From Bacteroidia bacterium (GTDB taxonomy: Bacteria; Bacteroidota; Bacteroidia; Bacteroidales; CAJPTX01), in NCBI GenBank assembly GCA_905373475.1, contig CAJPTC010000007.1, positions 16,852-80,851 of the forward strand: a stretch of DNA of 64,000 bases, given 5' to 3'. Under the pieces are notes generated by a model. That model saw nothing but the letters and a program-made list of their open reading frames with translations. It was not told where the DNA came from and did not search any database. The translations under genes and the position numbers were made by a program. Shown here in pieces: positions 58,146 through 64,000 of the stretch; positions within the stretch are counted from its first letter, which is position 1; each line of letters starts with the position of its first letter.

Positions 58146-61100
58146 CTATTCTTTCACTACACGAAGTGTTTTGCTGGTTTTATCTGAAAAAATGCGCAGT
58201 AGATAAACGCCCGCTTTTAGCTCTTCTGTATTGAGTACAGTTGCTGTACCTTGTAAAGAGCCTTTGCGCATAACCATCCCGTTCGTATTTACAAGTTCGT
58301 AACGGGCATTGATTGCTTCGTCATTCTTTATTTTAAGTAGCGAAGAGAAAGGATTGGGAGCAATGGAAATGCCTGCCAATAGTACGTTTTCTATAGCATT
58401 CGGTGTTGGAGGCTCTGGTGTTTCCTCTTTCTCGAATCTAACGGTGATAAACACTTCGCTTACCACCTTGTACTTGCCATCGGCTTGTTGCTCAGCACCC
58501 TGTACGTCGAGTTTTGCTAGCTTATAGAGCTTTGTGGGGGTTGCAATGATATTTAGTAGTGTTCCCTCTTGCACTTCTGTGTCGCTGAGTAATTTCGTGC
58601 CGCCCTCTATACTTACATCACAAGTACCCCCTACTAGCCCCGTTGGGAGGTGTACCATAAATTTTTGAGGTTGAGGTTCAGGTTTAGGCTCTGGTGTTTC
58701 CTCTTTCTCAAATCTAACGGTGATAAACACTTCGCTTACCACCTTGTACTTGCCATCGACCTGTTGCTCAGCCCCCTGTACGTCGAGTTTTGCCAGCTTA
58801 TAGAGCTTTGTGGGGGTTGCAATGATATTTAGTAGTGTTCCCTCTTGCACTTCCGTGTCGCTAAGTAATTTCGTGCCGCCCTCTATGCTAACATCACACG
58901 TGCCACCCACTAGCCCCGTCGGGAGGTGTACCATAAATTGAGGTTCAGTCCCGTCTTGTAGAAACGACACCTTTATGCGTACATCTTTTCCTGTCACTTG
59001 ATATATTTTCCCCTCAAAGACGAAAGCCCCATCTCCGTAGCTTGCCTCGCAAAGGTAGTCTGCCCCTTCTGCTTCAACTCTCCCTATTTTGTAACCAGAG
59101 GCTGCTTTGGGGGCTACCCCAATTAGTGTTCCAAATTCTACTTGTTCGCCAGCTGCCAAGGCACGCTCCTTAGTATCTATTTCATAGATAAAACACTCTC
59201 CAGCACCTTCTTTTACAATTTGAGATGCGTGTATGGTTGCCATTGTTTGCGTAGGCAGTGGGGGGTATGAGGGAACGCCTATAGTATTGTCTGGTGGCGT
59301 ACTGCCGTTATTAGGTAGCACTTCGATATTTCCCCCGAGCTCGCTAATGAGTTCCAAACCATTATTGTAAACGAGAAGCTGATAGACACCTGCGGGCAAA
59401 TCTATTTTTTTATCCAACACAAACTCTTTCGTCTCGCCTGATATAATAACCGCAGGGCGTAATGTAAAATCATCTACCACACTCACGCTACCTCCCTTTT
59501 CTTGTTGGAATACTACCATTAAATTAAGCGGGACATCAGGATTGCCAGTAGCTACACTAACCGAATATTTCATCTTAAAATGCTCGCCTTTCTTCAAGCG
59601 GAAGTTAGCAGCAAGGCGTTTTACCGTGTATTGGGAAGTAATGTTGTTAGAGAGTACAATCTTTTGGGAACTATGATGCGCGGTGGGTACAGAAACGGTT
59701 TGATTCCCGTGCCATGGAAGCCGTTTTGTGCCTAGGTTTAAGTTCTGTGCATCGTAAAAGAAATGAATGTACTGAACAGAGCTTTGCGGCATTTGGACTG
59801 TAAAAATACGCTCTTCGGTTGTGCTAGGATCTATGCGCATATAAGACAAAAAGGGGAGTGCTAGCGCACTGGTTATTTCAGGCGTTTGTTCACTCGAGGT
59901 GAGCATAGCTGCCAAGGGACAATAATAGGTTTGTGTGCCCGAATTTTTTACGGTGAGGCGAAAAGTCGCTATCCGCCCAGGGCGAACCTCTGAAGGGGTA
60001 ACCGAAATTGTAAGCTTCGGTTTCATTTCCTCCTCCGATACGATAAGCGCGTCTTCCGTAACCTCTACGGCAAAAATTCGCTTCTCGTTCCATCGTCTGT
60101 TCGCTACGATATAATCTTTTGTTGCAGTCTCATAAATCGCAGCATGTAGGGTGTACTTCCCCACTGGTAAATCTTTTAGGTTCAGCGCTACCGTTTGCTC
60201 TCCAAAAATTCGTTTATTGCTCTTCATCAAGATAGGTGGTGTACTCGTGTGAGCTTGTAACACCTGTTGCCCATCATGCTGCATGAGCACTACGGCATAA
60301 TTACCCACAATGGGCGAAAAGGCTCTGTTATACATCCCTTCCACTATGCAGAGCAATTGTTTGGATTTTGGGAAACGCCCCAATTCTATCTTTAGATTGC
60401 GGTCGCAGTATACCTCTTTCAATTCTTTAGCCTCAGGCGCATTTACCAAGGGCTGCATCCCGATAATCATACTCCCCGCAAAATTGTACAGCATACCATT
60501 GCTACCGCCATCACCAGTGCCTACAGATTGAAGCAAGAAGTAACCATCGGACTGACCTCCCCAGCCCCAATTTAGGTGGAAATAGCCTTGACCGTCGTAA
60601 CCATCGCATACAAATTCGTGTGCAGTATTGACAATTGTCATGCCTCCCATAGGTACAGGACGCCCCGCTTTCAGCTCATCTATAAGCAGTCGTTGCCATT
60701 CGACGGTGCTGTGTTCATCTGTTATATAGTGGCGCAGTGTTTTCGCATAATAGAAATTGCGACGTAAGGCTTCAAAGGCATAGTGAGGCGTAGTGCTACT
60801 CTCATCTACTTGAAACTTCATTCTAGACGCATACCCTACATCGCGCATGAGCCGTGCTACAGCATTACCTTGCTCTTGTGTATACGCTTGTGCTGTATAG
60901 TCTCCGATCATTGCCTTCCAATTGTAGGGCGCTTCTGTGGCGAAATCTATCTCTTTGTCAAGGTGTTTTACTTTTCCATGACCCTTAGGCGGCCATGCAT
61001 AATAGCGCATGACTTGTGCAACAGCTGTGGCAACACAACCCGTAGGAGCATGCTTTTCGACATTATCCTTGGGCGACCATCGCATAGGACTATACCAGTT

Positions 61101-61586
61101 ATAGGGCGCAAACTGACTCCAACGAATCTTTGCAAGTAGCGGTTCCACTACATCGTCAGGGGCGAGAACAGGTGCGGTGTAAATATTTGCTGCATTCTCG
61201 CGTGTTTTTTGTACAAGCTGCGCATAGCTATCTAGTACTGTTTGGAACTCGGGGCTAATCACTTGCGGAAAAACATTATCCTTCGAATAGGCTAGAATAG
61301 GCGATACTACGTCGTCGCCCGCCACAACTACCCAACCAGTGCCGCGCGCAGCACCAAATACGTAGTAATCGGATGTATTTTGCTTACCACGAATTGGGCG
61401 TCCAGAACTAGTATAGAGTAGTCGTACTTCTTGCGCACTACTGCGTATTCGGCGTATCTGTTGAAGGTGCGTGGCTGCTAATTGGGCGGCATGTTGCACA
61501 CTAATGGGAGCTGCTTCTGCAATAATAGAGATACCAAGGATACCTAACAATACCAGTAACAAAAACAAACGTTTATAGAGTCGCAT
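58146..61586 (-). CDS. T9SS-secreted C10-family (streptopain-like) cysteine peptidase
   Basis: 1146 aa. Signal peptide. Spi-like propeptide. Catalytic Cys in APTGCVATAVAQVMRYYAWP (codon 61035-61037). His region AHEFVCDGYDGQGYFHLNWGWGG. Ig-like middle. Two 92-aa tandem repeats. Type-A CTD APNPFSSLLKIKN...GVYLLRIFSDKTSKTLRVVKE. Confidence 0.9.
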   Translation of the reverse strand: MRLYKRLFLLLVLLGILGISIIAEAAPISVQHAAQLAATHLQQIRRIRSSAQEVRLLYTSSGRPIRGKQNTSDYYVFGAARGTGWVVVAGDDVVSPILAYSKDNVFPQVISPEFQTVLDSYAQLVQKTRENAANIYTAPVLAPDDVVEPLLAKIRWSQFAPYNWYSPMRWSPKDNVEKHAPTGCVATAVAQVMRYYAWPPKGHGKVKHLDKEIDFATEAPYNWKAMIGDYTAQAYTQEQGNAVARLMRDVGYASRMKFQVDESSTTPHYAFEALRRNFYYAKTLRHYITDEHSTVEWQRLLIDELKAGRPVPMGGMTIVNTAHEFVCDGYDGQGYFHLNWGWGGQSDGYFLLQSVGTGDGGSNGMLYNFAGSMIIGMQPLVNAPEAKELKEVYCDRNLKIELGRFPKSKQLLCIVEGMYNRAFSPIVGNYAVVLMQHDGQQVLQAHTSTPPILMKSNKRIFGEQTVALNLKDLPVGKYTLHAAIYETATKDYIVANRRWNEKRIFAVEVTEDALIVSEEEMKPKLTISVTPSEVRPGRIATFRLTVKNSGTQTYYCPLAAMLTSSEQTPEITSALALPFLSYMRIDPSTTEERIFTVQMPQSSVQYIHFFYDAQNLNLGTKRLPWHGNQTVSVPTAHHSSQKIVLSNNITSQYTVKRLAANFRLKKGEHFKMKYSVSVATGNPDVPLNLMVVFQQEKGGSVSVVDDFTLRPAVIISGETKEFVLDKKIDLPAGVYQLLVYNNGLELISELGGNIEVLPNNGSTPPDNTIGVPSYPPLPTQTMATIHASQIVKEGAGECFIYEIDTKERALAAGEQVEFGTLIGVAPKAASGYKIGRVEAEGADYLCEASYGDGAFVFEGKIYQVTGKDVRIKVSFLQDGTEPQFMVHLPTGLVGGTCDVSIEGGTKLLSDTEVQEGTLLNIIATPTKLYKLAKLDVQGAEQQVDGKYKVVSEVFITVRFEKEETPEPKPEPQPQKFMVHLPTGLVGGTCDVSIEGGTKLLSDTEVQEGTLLNIIATPTKLYKLAKLDVQGAEQQADGKYKVVSEVFITVRFEKEETPEPPTPNAIENVLLAGISIAPNPFSSLLKIKNDEAINARYELVNTNGMVMRKGSLQGTATVLNTEELKAGVYLLRIFSDKTSKTLRVVKE
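58411..58950. repeat. 276-bp tandem duplication (2 copies) inside the C10 peptidase gene
   Basis: Copy starts at 58411 and 58687 (both GGCTCTGGTGTTTCCTCTTTCTC...). About 253 nt are alignable with about 14 substitutions by eye, giving one amino-acid difference (QQVDGK versus QQADGK). Confidence 0.95.
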
Positions 61587-61599
61587 TATGCCCGAATTT

Positions 61600-61790
61600 C
61601 ATACAGATTACCAACAGTATATATACCGCCGTATCTGGCGAACTGTTGCATTCGTTCATACAACTTGTGACAAACTGCCACTAGTCTTTGATAAATTTAA
61701 AGAGGAAAGAATATCGCCTCGATAGAGGGCAAGACTATGCAGGTAAAGACGTTGCGACACAAAAACAGATTCACTCCGATGTTACACATT
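61600..61790 (+). pseudogene. Possible 5'-proximal remnant of the IS256-family transposase gene interrupted at ~61791
   Basis: Weak frame-hopping similarity to the IS256-family middle region (AVSGELLHSFIQL in one frame, DYAGKDVATQKQIHSDVTHY in another). There is too little room for a complete N-terminus before the C10 gene start at 61586. Confidence 0.3.
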
Positions 61791-63375
61791 ACAGACTCAA
61801 CTTTCGCAAGTTTGTTGGACACAGAGTGGAGGCGGATTTAGAAGATTTAACATATCTCGAAATATCTGATATTCAGCAGAAAAGAGTTCCCAAAATTGCT
61901 CAAGCGGGATATTAAAATATTGGTAAAGCGTCTCGCTGAAATCTTTGATAAACAGGCAGATTCGTTCGTAAAGAGTGAGCTGGGCAGATTCGGTTCGCAA
62001 ACCTCGGAAAATACCTCCTAGAGTCTCGTACGACTCAAAGCGTTTAAGTATCGAAAGCAAGTTATAGGTTAGCATACACAAGGTTAAGTGGGCTATTTGT
62101 GCATCAAAATCGCGAGCTTCGCATTTGCCCATGCGAAGATGTTGTTTGGCCTCTTTGAAGAAGACCTCTACTGTCCAGCGCATGGCGTATATTTGGAACG
62201 CAGTATCAAAATCTAGCTTGGTATTGCTTGTTGGCATAGCGCACCATTTTCCACGATGCGAATTCTTAGAAAAGAAGAGTTTTACTTCCTTGCCGCTAAA
62301 TGTTACCGTAGCTTCGATATAACGATGCTTGTATTGTCGAGATCGCTTTACCTGTTTCCGTTGCTTAAGCAGTCTTACCAGACCCTGTGCTGTATATTCT
62401 TTCCCGTTGAAGGTATAGAGCGTTTTGCTATTTATCTTGAGCATACCTAGCAAGTGTTGCCCTTTACGCTTGAGTACTACTAAGAGCATTGCTTTGGTTA
62501 GATACCAGCTGTCGACCAATACATAGTCAAACGCGATACGATGAGCGCGAACTCTTTGCACAAACTGCTGTGCGAGGTGCGTCTTCTTTTGTGTGTACTC
62601 ATACGCCCGCTCATACCCTAGAGTTGTCTTTTCCCTTTTCTTGAAAAAACGTTCTCTTAACTGGCGTAGCGTGAGTCCAAATTTCCGATTCTTTCCTTGT
62701 CCTTTTTCGCCCACTAGGGCGGCATCCAAGGCTAGAAAACTTTTCCCATCGTAGAGACCCGCGACAATCGCTTTAAAGCCCAAGAGGAAGCGCAATTTGG
62801 TATGCGAGTATACATAGCCTATTTTCTCGATTTTCATCCCCGTTTTGGGTAAAACCGTGTCGTCAATAATCAGGCAACGAGGCACCTTGCTTGTTGGCTC
62901 ACTTTCCCGTGCTAGCTTTCGTATGAGCTGGTTAGTTAAGCTATACAGGAGTTTACGCCAATCGATCTTCGGGGAGTTGAGTAGGCGATAAAAGACATCT
63001 TTACCACAGCGGAAATAGTGATACAAATCTGCTTTGCAATACTGATCGGCAGTTCTTATTCCAAAGGGAACGAAGAGTAGTAGAGCCTTTATGATATCGC
63101 TGCTCTTATAGATTTTATTGACGTAGTCGACCAGACTCGTATTTTTAGTAGACAAGTGAAGTTTGGAGATGAGTTCGCAGAGACATCTTAATAGACTTTC
63201 TTTATTGATACAGAAAGTTGCAATTTCAGTGAGATTAAGATTACCTTTGTGCGGCAGCATGGTTTTTTATTTTTGGACATGTAAAGTTACTGATATCCAA
63301 TGACTTTACCAAATTATCGTGCTGCCTTTTTCTCTGATTTCTAATCTCTTAGAGACCTGCGAAAGTTGAGTTAGT
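61791..63375 (-). mobile_element. IS4-family insertion sequence (~1.6 kb)
   Basis: Imperfect terminal inverted repeats with a 14-bp perfect core: ACTCAACTTTCGCA at 61795-61808 and its reverse complement at 63358-63371. A single transposase ORF fills the interior. No target-site duplication could be identified by eye. Confidence 0.75.
61797..63260 (-). CDS. IS4-family DDE transposase
   Basis: 487 aa. DDE candidates LIIDDTVLPK and LVDSWY, and the exact Y-x2-R-x3-E-x6-K signature in YAMRWTVEVFFKEAK. Confidence 0.9.
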   Translation of the reverse strand: MLPHKGNLNLTEIATFCINKESLLRCLCELISKLHLSTKNTSLVDYVNKIYKSSDIIKALLLFVPFGIRTADQYCKADLYHYFRCGKDVFYRLLNSPKIDWRKLLYSLTNQLIRKLARESEPTSKVPRCLIIDDTVLPKTGMKIEKIGYVYSHTKLRFLLGFKAIVAGLYDGKSFLALDAALVGEKGQGKNRKFGLTLRQLRERFFKKREKTTLGYERAYEYTQKKTHLAQQFVQRVRAHRIAFDYVLVDSWYLTKAMLLVVLKRKGQHLLGMLKINSKTLYTFNGKEYTAQGLVRLLKQRKQVKRSRQYKHRYIEATVTFSGKEVKLFFSKNSHRGKWCAMPTSNTKLDFDTAFQIYAMRWTVEVFFKEAKQHLRMGKCEARDFDAQIAHLTLCMLTYNLLSILKRFESYETLGGIFRGLRTESAQLTLYERICLFIKDFSETLYQYFNIPLEQFWELFSAEYQIFRDMLNLLNPPPLCVQQTCES

Positions 63376-64000
63376 TACTTAGTACAAGCCACCCAAACAG
63401 ATGTATACACGTGGTTGAGGCGCGACTTAGCGTCTCATTATTTTGTCGTGTATATTGACGCGACCTTTGTTCCGACGCGTCGCGAACATCGCGTTACACA
63501 AGAAGCCTACTACTCCATATTAGGCGTTTTACCCGATGGTACTCGCGAGGGACTAGCCATCGTAAATCATCCGACTGAGGGAGCTGTTAACCGGCAAGGA
63601 GAGTTGAAAGCATTACAAGAACGTGGTGTTGAACATATTGATCTGATTGTATCAGATGCCCTCGCTGGTATCGAGAATGCTGTAACGAGCGCTTTCCCTG
63701 CTTCCCGACACCAATTTTGCGTAGCTCATTTGTTGCGTGAGATGAGTGCATTAGTACCGCGAAAAGCACTTCTCGAATTATATGACGAATTCCGCGAAGT
63801 GCTGTCAATAGACCTAGAATCCAAAGACGTAAATAGTGCTTCACAATATGCCGCCTTTCTTAACTTTGTAGAACGATGGAGTAAGAGAGTACCAACTTTT
63901 GAGCGCTATAAGAAGTCACGTAACGCCTTGTATTTTACATTTTTAGACTATTCACCAAAGTATCGTCGTATGTTGTATACTACGAACTGGATTGAGCGCC
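63376..64000 (+). pseudogene. IS256-family (Mutator-like) transposase gene, 5' part cut off by the IS4 insertion, 3' end off the window
   Basis: Not in the ORF track because it is open to the window edge. It begins just after a TGA inside the IS4 repeat. Reads ...DVYTWLRRDLASHYFVVYIDATFVPTRRE...GVEHIDLIVSDALAGIENAV...FCVAHLLRE...MLYTTNWIER, the IS256-family D..D..E core (compare W-Q-x-R-P-L...DA...D-G...YTTN-x-IE). Confidence 0.8.

Noticed and set aside
58411-58950. The tandem repeat as a possible CRISPR-like or non-coding array.
   Set aside because: There are only two copies of 276 bp, in frame and inside a well-supported CDS, with no spacer structure.
61688-61915. 75-aa plus-strand ORF from the ORF track.
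   Set aside because: It runs across the IS4 left terminal repeat at ~61791. Only its first ~35 codons may reflect the decayed IS256-family gene, so it is not a real gene.

Overview
Chromosomal segment with the hallmarks of a Bacteroidota genome: three type-A and one type-B T9SS C-terminal sorting domains, a PorP/SprF gene and TAnnTTTG-type -7 boxes. Left to right: (1) housekeeping genes: infB (5' end off the window), purB, an MsbA-like ABC exporter. (2) A tightly packed 8-gene signalling operon (6237-14874). It has two CheR-like methyltransferases, a receiver-less CheB, three GAF-domain membrane proteins, a PP2C phosphatase output and a SiaB/SiaC-like kinase/phosphoprotein pair. No CheA, CheW, CheY or MCP is visible anywhere in the window. 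(3) A directly following operon of ABC exporter, lipoprotein, secreted protein and serpin-like protein, closed by a strong terminator. (4) A decayed stretch with two AAA-ATPase-like/PD-(D/E)XK remnants. (5) CobT-like and CobC-like genes, a TPR protein, nadC-nadA and an acyl-CoA ligase. (6) A type-B-CTD protein with a PorP/SprF gene. (7) mutS2, a tryptophanase-family lyase and yicC-gmk-nadD. (8) A second Cache-HAMP-GAF receptor paralogue with a FIST-like upstream partner, then asmA and dps. (9) An accessory T9SS cargo island: a 511-aa repeat protein, a ~3050-aa subtilase and a 1146-aa C10 cysteine peptidase with a 276-bp tandem duplication. It is bounded by an IS4-family element inserted into a decayed IS256-family transposase gene. 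I saw no rRNA, tRNA or CRISPR array. All domain calls come from motif recognition by eye; no database search or computation was possible. The best candidate for an undescribed system is the CheA-less CheR/CheB + GAF-receptor + PP2C/SiaB/SiaC operon. Its receptors, and a distant paralogue, carry a conserved Glu/Gln-rich coil with an MCP-like EE-x-x-A-T motif.
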